Shown here one piece after another: positions 1-11,593 of a DNA stretch of 64,000 nt (position 1 is its first letter; each line of letters begins with the position of its first letter). Source of the stretch: Amphiscolops sp. MND2022 (lineage: Eukaryota). The position numbers were made by a program, and so were the translations under genes. The notes below the pieces were generated by a model. The model searched no databases and was not told the origin of the DNA. It was given only the letters and a program-made list of their open reading frames with translations. The stretch covers positions 25,792,001 through 25,856,000 of the forward strand of contig OZ076416.1 in assembly GCA_964187785.1 (NCBI GenBank), read 5' to 3'.

Positions 1-401
1 AATGTGAACTTTTCACTATAGATTTTAATTAGCGTTAGCGACTATCAATTAGCGAAGTTAGCGATATGTTATTAGCGTTAGTTAACGATTAGCGAAAAAA
101 ATTGCGAGTCAAATCTCTGGCTATAAGTTGATGCTTTGGAATTTTATCGAATTCACTGAATCATTCCTGAATTATATATATTCAGCTTTCAATTATTCCT
201 AAACAAGATTGGAAAAACATGAACAAAACATTGCACTTCATGATTACGGCCGATTAAATCATTTAAATTCCAGCTTCGTTTAACGTGCTGCTGTAATTAA
301 ATTGAGGCGTCAAAATCCTAAATGAACTTCATTCAAAAGTTAAAACAAAATCAACAAAGACATGACCGACTGAATTGAATTTAAAAAGAACTATTTTGAA
401 C

Positions 402-810
402 CTTGACACTCAGACACGTCAATCAATCCATCGAGCCCCGTGCAAGTTTCATTGGATTTGAGCTGTTTGAAGTTAGGGCAGAAACATCTGTTGTCGCTGT
501 AGCTGACATTGAAAGCTTCGGCAGGTACTGAGAACTTGAGCGTCTTGATGTTGTTGAAAGCCTCAACTTTATTCGATGGGGTCAAATAGAAACTGCGACA
601 TGCTTGCGTGTTGAAAATGTAAAGTCCACGAGGTCTGCCCATGAAAGTGGAAAAGAGAGATCCGTCGGTTCCGTTGATTGCATTGCACTGCTCGCTGCCC
701 CAGTAGTGCAGGCTCTTGTTGTGGTTCCAAGAGACGTATCGCCCCCTGTTTCGGTTCTCGTGACCGTACCCAGTGAAAACTTCATGGATGCCGTTGTAAG
801 ATTCATTGGC
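402..810 (-). CDS. CD36/SCARB-family exon 5 (gene continues beyond the left edge)
   Basis: Acceptor tttttgtcag|GCC. Translates to ANESYNGIHEVFTG...WGSEQCNAINGTDGSLF...YIFNTQACRS...CFC...C..LDGLIDVSECQ with the conserved INGTDG and cysteine pattern. Donor CAAG|GTTCAA. Confidence 0.93.
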
Positions 811-1254
811 CTGACAAAAAGAGGAAAAGGGGATTACATATATTCCGGGTATTCAGTAGGGGGGGGGGGGGAGGGGTCCATTAAATTTTGGCATTAAATT
901 GGAAAACTAATTGGATTATTCTGAAGACAACTTGAAAAATGAAAACTTGCTATATTCATCCTTCCGACTTACAACTTAACAGAAACGAATTTTATTTTTA
1001 AATGACAAGAAAGTGGGGCAAGCATACTTCTCACTGTTAACTTGACTTCCAAAAAAAGACAATAAAAGAGTAAATTGTGAATTTACCACAATGTAATTAA
1101 ACCGTGGCATTGCATTCAATATTGGACATCCTTGGTAAACAAGGAAGTCCTCGACGTTCAATGGTGAGAAAAATTCACCATATTTTAATTTCACCACCTC
1201 AAAAGCGGATTGCGAATCAAGTTACAATGCTTCAGCAAAAAAAAACCAACCAAC

Positions 1255-1467
1255 CTGCAAGGGGAATCTGGTAGGTACAGAACTTTTCTCTTGGTGCACA
1301 AGAGCCAAGAACGGGTTGTCATGTTTAGCCCAGATGAAATCTGCCACTGTAGTTTTGTAGAAGGGAGCCACGGCATTCTTCTGGGTATCATTGCCCTCAG
1401 AGGCGAAGGTGTTCACAAGACTGTCAATGACCTCATCAAAGGGTGGTTCCACCGAATTCAAAACAGT
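1255..1467 (-). CDS. CD36/SCARB-family exon 4
   Basis: Acceptor cgttttag|ACT and donor CAG|GTTGGT, 71 codons. Includes FYKTTVADFIWAKHDNPFL, like the CD36 F...TV.E.LWGY.DP motif. Confidence 0.85.
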
Positions 1468-1487
1468 CTAAAACGAAAACAATGGCG

Positions 1488-3279
1488 AACAAGACGGGAA
1501 CGTCTAAAGTCGGCGCTATACCTAAGGCTCAAAAAGCGCAAAGCTTTAAAAATATGTCCAGGACTTTTTATGCAAAACTCCGAAACACACAAATGGTGCC
1601 TTTCGTGCTCGGAAAAAACTTCAGAAGTTCAGATATAGCGTGCCGGGGCGAATGGGAGTGCTTGTTTTCGAACCTCCGCCTGCTCCTTAGTAAAACGCAC
1701 TATAGTTCGGATATAACGACAAATATTCGGATATAGCGCAATACTTTCAAACATCTACCTCCAAAGTTCGGATAGTATTGAACAAAATTATTGGTGTATA
1801 TAATATGTAATGAGAAAACCTAATATCAGACGAAAAATGAGAATTTTGAAGTCTCATAGCGCCGAAAAATGAAGAAGGAGGTCCCTTCAAGATTTTTTAA
1901 AATCCATTAAAAATCAGAAAAATTGAACGGGAGACCCTTTGGAGACATTAAAAATTTGTCTCACAAAGCCGAAAAATAGTAAGAGGGGACCTTTTAGTCT
2001 CGTCCGGTTTTGTATGTTACGTTAAAGATGGAACAAATGATAGGGGGGACCCTTTGCACTAACTTAGGTGCGTTTTCACTGGCCGGTCCAGTAGTTTAGT
2101 AGTTTCTGTAAAAAGTGTCCACTACGCATGCTTTCTGTTATCTGACAAAAAAACTAGTCACTAATAGTCGGGCTTTTTTTCCTTAAGGGAAAATGCGCCG
2201 ACTAAAAACAAAAGGCCGAGAACAGCTATAAATCGCAGCAGGGACATGGACACTAGCGAGATTAGAAACCAGTCATCCTGCTTTGGACGCTGCCTTTTCC
2301 GTTTCATACAATTCACGTGTCTTGAATGAAAACAAGCTGGAACGGCCGAAGTTGGCGGCCCTCTCAGAGTTCAGAAAGCAAAGTTTTTAAATACACAAGG
2401 GACACTATCGTGAAATAGTCTATCAAATTTACAGTGCCGATGGATATGCATACTTTTATAATTTCGACTTTTTTCGGGTCATTTTGAAAAATTTTCTGAC
2501 ATAAGCATGCGGATCTCTCCGATAAGTTAACTTGAGAACCATTTCGATAATTTCCGAACGTTTTCAACATTCTTACTACGAAACGTTTCAAAAAGTTCGA
2601 TCAAAAAACAACTCTACCAGAAACGAAACGATTCAAAATTTACATTAATCAAGCAGGGAACGACCCAAGTCGGCGCCATATCCAAGGCTCAAAATGGCAA
2701 AATGACTTCACAGTGTCAAGTATTCTCGTTTACAGAACCCAAAAAACCTAAAAGTTGGACCGAATTGGCGCGCTAAAAGGGGGGACCTTTCGGGAATTTT
2801 CAACAATTGTCGCAAAACATTGACAAAATTGAAGGGGGACCATTGAAGTCATTAAAATATTTTCGAAAAAGTCTCACAATGCCGAAAAAAACTGAAAGGG
2901 GGAACTTTTTCAACAATTCCGTCGCAAAACGTCAAGAAAATTGAAGGACCCTTTGTGAAACTTCGTCTCGCACGGGATTCTATGTTACGCGAAACAAGCC
3001 GGGACCGGCCCAAGTCGGCGCCATATCCAAGGCTCAAAAATAGCAAAAAGACTTCCAAGTGTCAAGTACTCTTTTACAGTACTCGAAAATCGAAATTTTT
3101 TGAAAAAAATTTTTTGAAAAAATTACGTACTAAAAAAATTGGACCGAGTGGCGCGCCGGGGCTCGCTAGCGCGAGCCCCTGGCGCGCTAACGTCTCACAA
3201 TGCCGAAAAACTGAAAGGGGGACCCTTTGAGGTTTTTCAACATCCATTCTGTCGCAAAGCATGAAAAAATTGAAGTAAA
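1488..3279. repeat. Composite non-autonomous interspersed repeat (GGGGGACCC / GTCGGCGCCATATCCAAGGCTCAAAA family)
   Basis: Motif AAGTCGGCGCCATAT(C)CAAGGCTCAAAA at ~1507, ~2667 and ~3013, inverted at 17012-17059 and ~17440-17484. Many GAAGGGGGACCCTTT sub-repeats. Confidence 0.65.
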
Positions 3280-3586
3280 TTTTTTGTAAAGCTTCTGCAT
3301 GATTTCTCCATTTGACAAGATCCGTCGATTTTCGTAGGTCTTTGGAGCGCTTGGTATCCGTGTACCATGAAACATCAAAGTCGATCTGAGTCTGAGTACT
3401 CATCGTCCTGACGTCCTCGTAACACGAAGTCCAATGAGTGTGGAAGATATGTGGCAGACGCAAACGTCCAAACTACCACGATGATGAAGATATGTGGCAG
3501 ACGCAAACGTCCAAACTACCACAATATCGGTTCAAAGTTGTAACTCGTCTTCAACTTCCAGACAGTGTCCGGGTCGGCGGACCAAA

Positions 3587-5003
3587 TGTAACGGCTGATT
3601 CAAATCTTAACAACGGATTCAAGCTTGTGCCGGTCCTTGGTCCGTCCTGCTTTCCACTAGTAAAGCAGGATTCTAGAATTTGAAAGGACTGTATATTCCA
3701 ATTGGTCTGAAATAGCTCCACTAGCTAGCTATTCCTAACTTTGAGAATTTCAATCTCCAAATCCTCTTCGAACAAGACAATCTTGGTGAAAATAGTCCCA
3801 GCTATGACTAGATTCTGTCTTCAGCGCTCGACTGTGAAGAATTGAACGATTAAAATCTCAAGTTATTAATCAACTGTTCACTAGCGTAATTCAGAATTCG
3901 TCTAACTAACTATTAGAACACATTGTTTGCATAACAAACAATAACATCATTCGCATTTCTAAAGTTATAAAGCGTGAATAAAAGGTGCGATTAGGGCGTT
4001 TATGACCACCAGTCACATGGGGGAACTATGTTTGAGGACTGTGAGGTTCAATTTATGATTATTGAACTTTTCAACAGATGAATGGAAAATCATCAAAATT
4101 GAACATAGTTTCAAGATATAAATCATTAAGTATTTATCAAAAATATTATTAAGATGCTTCAGAGGGATATATGGCACCAAATTTGGGAAAACTTAAACTG
4201 AAGCACGCGCAATATGTGGGTGGAGTCGATCTTGACATTTATAAGGCACCGGAAGTCAAATCAGGCGATGTAATACATCAAATTTGACTACAAAACACAT
4301 GAAATCTTTACATTTTTGCCAAGCTCAGATATAAACCAAAGTGAAACTATCAGGTGAATGAACCATGAATAACCTTTACAGTCTACTGAACTGAATTTAT
4401 CAATAAAGTAAGAAGGAGGATGAAAAAACAGCACTTGATATAGAAAATATTGTTAAAATATGAGAATTATGCTATTTTTGTGGCGAAATAACGATTATTT
4501 CGCAACATACAAATATCGTGTTGTGAATCAAAACATTCCAAAACACACGTTAGGAGATATACAGCATGTATAAAGCACTTTAGTAATAACATCGATTATA
4601 GGTATCTCAAAAATCACCAAAAAGTTACAATTATCTGTGTGTTAGAGTTTAAGCTGAGGAGCGGTGCCGTAGGGCCACAAAAAATGATTTTTTGTCTGGG
4701 ATTTGGCTGAAACTTGGTGGGTTGATGGTCCAGCCAAAATGATTCGGCGACACTGCAAAACTAGATCGCTGATCTCTACGTGACCTTGAGATTTACTGTT
4801 TCAAGGCTTACATAGGTCTAAGTGTCACATGGGTAATTTAACAGGTAAAATTACAAGTCTTTAACACATACCCATGGATCTTATTAGCAGCACTGATAGG
4901 GGTCTCTTAGGGCTCAATAATAGCAGTAATGACCAATTTTTTGAATAACTAAAAAGGTGAAAATTTTTCAAGTTTAGTGATTTTTCAGTGTTTGGCGCCA
5001 ACA
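3587..5003 (-). repeat. 3' LTR (1,417 bp)
   Basis: Starts TGTTGGCGCC right after the pol 3' purine-rich tract. About 10 differences from the 5' LTR by eye. Confidence 0.92.
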
Positions 5004-8000
5004 TCGCCGGCCCTGTTTTCATCTCGAAAACACTCATAGAAGACTGGCGCCAACTTCACTGCGGGTCTTCGAAGGACTCCATCGCTCGTCCTGATCAATG
5101 CTGATCGAATGACGCCATCAGCTCCAGGGAACACCTCAGTCACTCGAGCCATCTTGTTCTCATGTCGTCGAACTGAGTCGTCAATCAGCCATACCAGATC
5201 TCCAACTTTCAGCACACGTTCGTCGTCAGTAGCCCATTTAGATCGCACATTCCACTTCGGAAGGTACTCTTTCGTCCATCTGTTCCAGATCATCTGATTG
5301 TATGCCTGAGCCACTTTGTACATTTTTCGACAGTCCACGTATCTGACCGAGTCTGGCATCAGCGGTTCTGCCAGCACAGTTCGTCCCAACAGAAAGTGAT
5401 TCGGCGTCAGTGCTTCCAAATCTTCCGGATCGTCACTCACAGGCGTCAATGGTCTGGCATTCAATGTTTGCTCAACCAAACACATTGTAGTTGTCAACAC
5501 GGGCAAATTCAGTCGTCGATTTCCAAGAATCGCGAACATAGCTTTCTTGCAGCTACGTACTAATCTCTCCCAAATTCCACCAAATTGCGGAGCTCCAGGT
5601 GGATTGAACTTCCAAATAACTCGTGAATTGGCCAGTCGCTTACACAGGGCATCACGATCCCATTCATTGAGGCACTCTCTAAATTCCCGAGCAGCTCCAA
5701 CAAAGTTAGTTCCATTATCACTGATGATTGTTTGGGGTTTGCCACGTCTAGCCATGAATCTAGTGATCGCCATCATGCATGCATCAGTGTCCAGGCCATT
5801 GACCACTTCTATGTGAACCGCTCTAGTGACCAAACATGTAAATAAACAACACCAGTGTTTCACTGGTCTACGCAGAACGGTAACTTCAAATGGGCCAAAG
5901 TAATCTACCCCAGTGTTCTTGAAAGGATATACATTACGCTCCACTCGTTCCTTTGGTAAATCAGCCATGTGAGGGTGAATCGGTCGCACTGCCTGCTTTC
6001 TGCATTTGACACACTTAGATTTGATGCTGCGCAAAGCATTTCGTAGTCCAATAACCCAAAGTCGTTGTTGAACCAGGCTTCTCACATACTCTGTTCCCTC
6101 ATGGTGGTTGTCTTCATGTATTTGTATCAACATTAGAACCACTGCGGGATGCTTGGCTGAAAGTAGAATTGGATGTTTCAAATCATCACTAATTGTTGCT
6201 TTGCTCAATCGACCCTTCAACCGTAATGTGTTGTCACTGTCAAAAAATGGGGAAAGTTTTGCCAAGTCATGCTTCACTCTCTCTCCACTGTTGTCTTCAA
6301 GTTTACTGAATAATTCAGCAAAACTTTCGCGTTGAGCCATTTGCAAGATCAATAACTCAACCTTCTGTCTCTCCAATGCTGTCACAACGCCACGTTGTTT
6401 TGATCTAAGTCTAAGACAGTAAACAACCGCGTTAATCATTCTCTTGTATTTACTGAACCTTGACCAATCTATGACGCTCTCCGTTGGATTAGTCACCAAA
6501 ACAATGTCGTTTTCATCCACCAGCTTCGCTTGCTCTGGCCAGCTTCCTGGGTTCTGTCTAAGCCAGGCCGGCCCATTTAGCCATTCGCTTTCAAGCAACT
6601 GTGACACCGTGACCCCTCTTGTGCCAATGTCTGCGGTGTTCAATGTGCCCTTCACATGCCTCCATTCGTCCACAGTAGACTGATCCAATATTTCTTCGAC
6701 TCGGTTGGCCACGAACACTTGCTGTCTTTTATGTGCAGAGTGTAGCCATTGGAGAACCGTCATAGAGTCTGTCCAGTGTGTAACTGTCTGGATCTGGATG
6801 TCGTGGTCTGCTGAGATCAACTGCCTCAGTCTCACAGAGTAGAGCGCTGCCTGCAACTCCAACTTCGGGATCGTCTGCTGCTTCATTGGGGCTATTCTGC
6901 ACTTCCCAATGACGAATGACAATTCCACTCCATCATCATCTTCTGCTCGCATGTAAGCCACTATACACATTGATTCCAGTGAAGCATCTGAGAAAATATG
7001 CAAATCCATTTTCTTGTAACGTTTGTCAAAATATCGTCTTTCCAAAGGAGTGTTTTTCAACTCTGCTAGTTCTTTCACCCAATCCAGGAACTGCTGTGCG
7101 TCTTCTTCCTCAATTTTGTGATCCCACTGTTGTCCACTCTTAGCCCAAATCGTTTTCAGTAGGATGCGCATTCTCATTGTGAATGGTGCAAAGAGTCCCA
7201 ACGGGTCAAACACTGATGCCACGAAGGAAAGCACTACCCGCTGTGTTATCTTGTTGGGTACTTCCTTGTCAGCACCACGACACACTTCCAGAGTGTCATT
7301 GTCCACATTCCATTGCATGCCCAGAAGCGATGAAGTGTGAGGCTCTGCTTCAAACGTTTTGCTTTTTGCCTCCGATCTATCCTGCTCAGGAATACTTCTC
7401 GTGACCACATCGTTGTTGCAAATCCACTTCAGCAAATTAAACCCTCCCTTTCGAAGAGTTGTCCTCACATCTTGATAGACATGCACAGCTTCTTCCACTG
7501 TGGCCACAGATTTGGGAAAGTCATCCCAATAGAAGTTTCTTTTGATGGCCTTTGCGGCTATCGGGTGACTCTCTCTGTTGTCCACGCCCGCTTGGAGAAG
7601 AGCAAAATTAGCACACGTCGGACTACTTTTGGCACCAAAGACGTGCCTTGTATACTCGTAGACGCCGATCTTGTCTTCAGGGTTGCTTCTCCACAAGAAT
7701 AGTAGCACTCGGCACTCTTGTGGTGGCACTTTCACTTGCAGAAACATTGCTTCTATGTCCGCTGTCAAGGCAATTTGATGTTCTCTGAATCTGAAAATGA
7801 TTCCCACTAGACTTTGTAGCAAGTCAGGACCTGCCAGGAGCTTGTCATTCAGCGACTCTCCCTTGTATTTAGCTGCTGCGTTGCATACGCGTCTGACCTT
7901 TTCGGGTTTGTGGGGGTTTATAACTGGATGATGCGGCACATACCACTGTCTTTCGTCTTTGGTTTCATCCAGCTCCTTTTCGTCTAGCTTACGAACATAG

Positions 8001-8500
8001 CCATTCTGCAAGTCCACATTAATAGTCTCTTCATAACGTTGCTTGAGAGGCTCCTCTTTCTCGAGTCTTCTTTCCAATGAACAGAACTGCGAATGTGCCA
8101 AGAAGTAGTTGTTTTCAATAGTCGCCTTGTCTTCTGCCCACGGTAGTCCAACTTCGTAGCGACCATCAACAAGTCTTGTTGTCTTCTCTAGTTGCTCAAG
8201 AGCTCTTTTGTCTTCTCTTGAACGTCCACTGACATTCATTCGTGTAGCGTATGACTCCATGCTGAACCAGGACTTCAATTGCTTTCCCAGCTCGTCTTCA
8301 CATACAACATAGCTCGTCGCTGATATCTGCGCCACTTCATGTTTTGGTAGTGGACCACTTAACGTCCATCCAAGTTTTGTTTTGACAGCCCAGGGTTCAT
8401 TCCGTTTGCCTTTCCTATACTCAACAGGGAAAAGCAAATGATAATTGTCTTGCCCCAGGACCACTTTGACTTTCTTCAGATCCATACTGTTATCGGGCAA
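4985..8500 (-). pseudogene. BEL/Pao pol: RT, RNase H, integrase
   Basis: RT: PHHPV..P.KP.K.R.V..A, ADIEAMFLQV, FGAKSSP, YWDD. RNase H: IFSDAS, TIPKLEL. Integrase: HHEG/CVKC zinc finger, RAVHIE, SDNGTNF, GGIWERLV. Confidence 0.93.
5004..5020 (-). promoter_or_regulatory. Polypurine-tract-like sequence before the 3' LTR
   Basis: GAAAACAGGGCCGGCGA directly abuts the TGT of the 3' LTR. Confidence 0.6.
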
Positions 8501-8540
8501 AACATCTTAATGGCTGTACTTTCTTTTCAAGTTGTCATAG

Positions 8541-10424
8541 TCAACACTTGTTCCCAAGGTTCATTGAGGGATGAACGTGGAACATCACCAACTCCGACAC
8601 ATTCGGAGTTGTGACCTTGATTCTCACTTTCTCGCTGGCCATCTCTTTTGTTCCGTTAATGCCAGCAATGTTCAGTGTCAGGGCCTCTCCTTGGACATCC
8701 AACTGGTCTCTGATGTCCTTGTCTACAAAAGAGAGCGTCGACCCAGTGTCACAAATGGCCATCGTTTCAATTGATGTGTTCCCATTCGAGAGCGTGATTG
8801 GAACAACTTGCAAACTCCCAGTACACGCGTTTGCTGTCATCACTGCATCGGCATTGGTTGTCTCATTGCTCCTACTGTTTTCCTTTTGAGACTTAGGTTT
8901 GTTGTCGTCACCGTGCAAGAGTCTGTTATGCCGCTTGCTACATCCATCTTTGCCACACGTTCGATTGGCTTTACACTGACCAATCCTGTGACCAGAGCCC
9001 AGACAAGAAAAGCACAAATTGCATTTCTTGACGGCATCGTGTCTTTCGGACAACTTCATCTTCTTGAATGCATCACACTGTCAAATTTTGTGTTCTCCGT
9101 CTTTCAGAGGGCACTGCGTCTTCGTTGGTGAGCCAGAATCACTTGTTGCTGCGAAGCTCGTGTTCTTCGTCTTGTCTTTTGTGAAGTTTGACTTCGCTTT
9201 GTCAGCACTAGAGCCAAATTGCAAGCGTATGTTCTCTTGTACTTGCGCAATGTTCTTGAGCCATGCACTGAAGACTCGCATATTCTTGTAGCTCCTGTCG
9301 CACCGTTGCAAGTACGTCATCCACTTGTTTTCGAGCTCATTTGGCAACTTTCTGACGGCGCTGTTTAGCACTGATTCCGAGGAAATGTCGCTTTCATATC
9401 CAAATTGGGTGAGCACATTGACACATCCAGACACCACTTGAGAATACTTCACAATTTCTAAAGAATCATGCGGTTTGATGAATGGATAAGCATGAATCTT
9501 TCTCAGTTGCGCATTTACAACCAACTCAGGTCGCCCAAAATCATGTGTCAGAGTCTGCCAAGCAACATGGTACATTTGTCCAGAGTAGCCCATGCCTTCA
9601 ATAGCTGCTTTAGCTTTCCCAGTTACCAATGTTTTGAGATAGTTCATCTTTACACTGTCGGCCACTCCAGCTTGATCAACAGTGGCCAAGAACTGACCGG
9701 ACCATTCTGGCCATTCCAATGGGTCTCCAGAGAACTTGTCCAGAACCATTTTTGGCAACTTCATCGGCACTGACACTGACGGCGAAGCGGTCGGCGTTGG
9801 GGTTGGCTGCATCGTTGATCCAAGCACATGGTTTGGCGCTGCGGCTTTGGCGACACCAACAGATATATTACTAGGCACAAACACAGTTGAATCGAACTTC
9901 AGCTCCCTCTTTGGCTTGACATTGGTAGTTGTCGAGGGTGCATTTTGCATCAATGACTGTTGCAGTTTAGCATCAGTCTGCCTCGATGAGCATGGCCTTT
10001 CACTGTTGCAGGCCGCCTGAGGTTCATCCTCGACTTTTGTCTCCGCCTGAGGGCCAAATTTATTCTTTGGAGAATTGATCCATGTACTCGTTTTGACATT
10101 CTGAGAGCGAAACGATCCACTGATGGTAGACCCGCTACCCCTTAAAGATGCTTGATCCATAATTTCTATTTTCTTCAGCTTCAGGGACAATTTCTCTTCT
10201 CGTTTCAGCTCTGCAAGCTCCATAGCCTCTTTTTGGGCTTCAAGTTCCATTTCCATTACCATTTTTCTCTGCTTGCGTCGCAGTTCCAACTCTTGCTCCT
10301 TTCTTTCAATCTTAGCTCGAGATTCATCTTCGGCGATTTCAGCTTCCAACTGCAAATGTCGTCTAGAAGACCGTGACGATGCGGTCGAACCTTGGGCGAC
10401 ATTTAAGGCAACCTTGGGCGACAT
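8541..10424 (-). pseudogene. BEL/Pao gag (DUF1759-like core, three Cys/His knuckles) and aspartic protease, with an internal TGA at 9081
   Basis: KFSGDPLEWPEW; CPLKDGEHKI*QC; CFSCLGSGHRIGQC; CGKDGCSKRHNRLLH; AICDTGSTLSFV. The 447-aa and 172-aa ORFs are in the same frame across one TGA. Confidence 0.9.
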
Positions 10425-11410
10425 TCAAGAACATCCGCGGGGACTTCTCCTCTAAAAGGGTGTTTCTGAGGTGAGACCACGCTTACGCCAGTAGCATTCG
10501 AATTTCCATCTGGAGGTATTTGAGGCGCTTTCACCTCTTCCTGAGTGCTAGCAGAAGCAACATTACCTTCCACGTTGTTCTGGTTCTCTACTTGCTTCCC
10601 ATCTTCAGTCTCACTTGTCTCATTATTTGTCATCATTAGTGATGTTTCAGTAGTTTCGACGGGGTCTTGAACATTGTTTGAAAGGGCACCTCCCTTTTCT
10701 ATACCCTCCAAATATTTCAGCCATTTCTGGGTTGCTGACAGCCAACTGACTTCATATCCCTCGTATAGGTTTTGGCGTTGTATTGCTCCCGATTCATTTA
10801 AAAGGCTCTTTTGGTATCGACAAACATCCTTGGCTTCTTCCATGGTGTTGAGAAACCCAAGTGTTGACGTCCGTATTTTTGCAGACCGATCTCCATTTTC
10901 AATTTGGTCTTCTATTTGCGAAGTTGTCTTCTTCAGTTCAACGATGAGTTGATTAAATTTTTCTTCATGTTTACAATAGGTTACGCAAGAAGACTTCTGC
11001 TTTAGGTGCGTATAAACTGAGCCAAGCCAAAACAACCCAGTGTTCGTTGTGGTCCATTTTTTCGAGGCGTCGTCTAGTAGCACATACACGGCTGACTGCA
11101 AACTTTGTTGTTCATCTACGGCTTTGGACTTCAGCATCTCGTTGCCAACTTGGTGCAAATCCGTCAATCTAGCCCTCAGATCGTGATACTCATGGTACAA
11201 TTTTCCCAATTCACTGAGTTTTCCTTCTTCCAGCCATTTTGTTCCCTTTTCGAATTGTTTCACAACAACATTCAAATCCAAAATTGTTTTTTGTAAAGCT
11301 TCTGCATGATTTCTCCATTTGACAAGATCCGTCGATTTTCGTAGGTCTTTGGAGCGCTTGGTATCCGTGTACCATGAAACATCAAAGTCGATCTGAGTCT
11401 GAGTACTCAT
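10403..11410 (-). CDS. Uncharacterised helical ORF (335 aa from ATG 11410) between the PBS and gag; separate ORF or frameshifted gag N-terminus
   Basis: Open for over 1 kb and overlaps the gag ORF by 22 nt in another frame. No motif recognised. Confidence 0.6.
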   Translation of the reverse strand: MSTQTQIDFDVSWYTDTKRSKDLRKSTDLVKWRNHAEALQKTILDLNVVVKQFEKGTKWLEEGKLSELGKLYHEYHDLRARLTDLHQVGNEMLKSKAVDEQQSLQSAVYVLLDDASKKWTTTNTGLFWLGSVYTHLKQKSSCVTYCKHEEKFNQLIVELKKTTSQIEDQIENGDRSAKIRTSTLGFLNTMEEAKDVCRYQKSLLNESGAIQRQNLYEGYEVSWLSATQKWLKYLEGIEKGGALSNNVQDPVETTETSLMMTNNETSETEDGKQVENQNNVEGNVASASTQEEVKAPQIPPDGNSNATGVSVVSPQKHPFRGEVPADVLECRPRLP

Positions 11411-11574
11411 CGTCCTGACGTCCTCGTAACACGAAGTCCAATGAGTGTGGAAGATATGTGGCAGACGCAAACGTCCAAACTACCACGATGATGAAGATAT
11501 GTGGCAGACGCAAACGTCCAAACTACCACAATATCGGTTCAAAGTTGTAACTCGTCTTCAACTTCCAGACAGTG

Positions 11575-11591
11575 TCCGGGTCGGCGGACCA
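11575..11591 (-). promoter_or_regulatory. Primer binding site (TGGTCCGCCGACCCGGA); duplicated at 3568-3584
   Basis: TGG-starting GC-rich motif 2 nt downstream of the LTR end (ACA-TT-TGG). The priming tRNA was not identified. Confidence 0.75.
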
Positions 11592-11593
11592 AA

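Noticed and set aside
976-1197. 73-aa ORF as an additional CD36 exon
   Set aside because: Exon 4 (…TRFPLQ) splices in phase to exon 5 (ANESYNG…) and gives a continuous CD36 alignment. The candidate acceptor is a weak GAG.
3443-3522. 43-bp repeats and short tandem arrays as CRISPR-like
   Set aside because: Adjacent tandem copies without unique spacers, in a eukaryotic TE context.
4985-5100. env-like gene in the BEL element
   Set aside because: pol runs directly into the purine tract and the 3' LTR, leaving no room for an env ORF.
9081-9083. Programmed read-through or selenocysteine at the BEL TGA (and the CRE TAG at 36689)
   Set aside because: The TGA replaces the expected Trp in HKIWQC, and both elements carry additional frameshifts. 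Decay is the simpler explanation.
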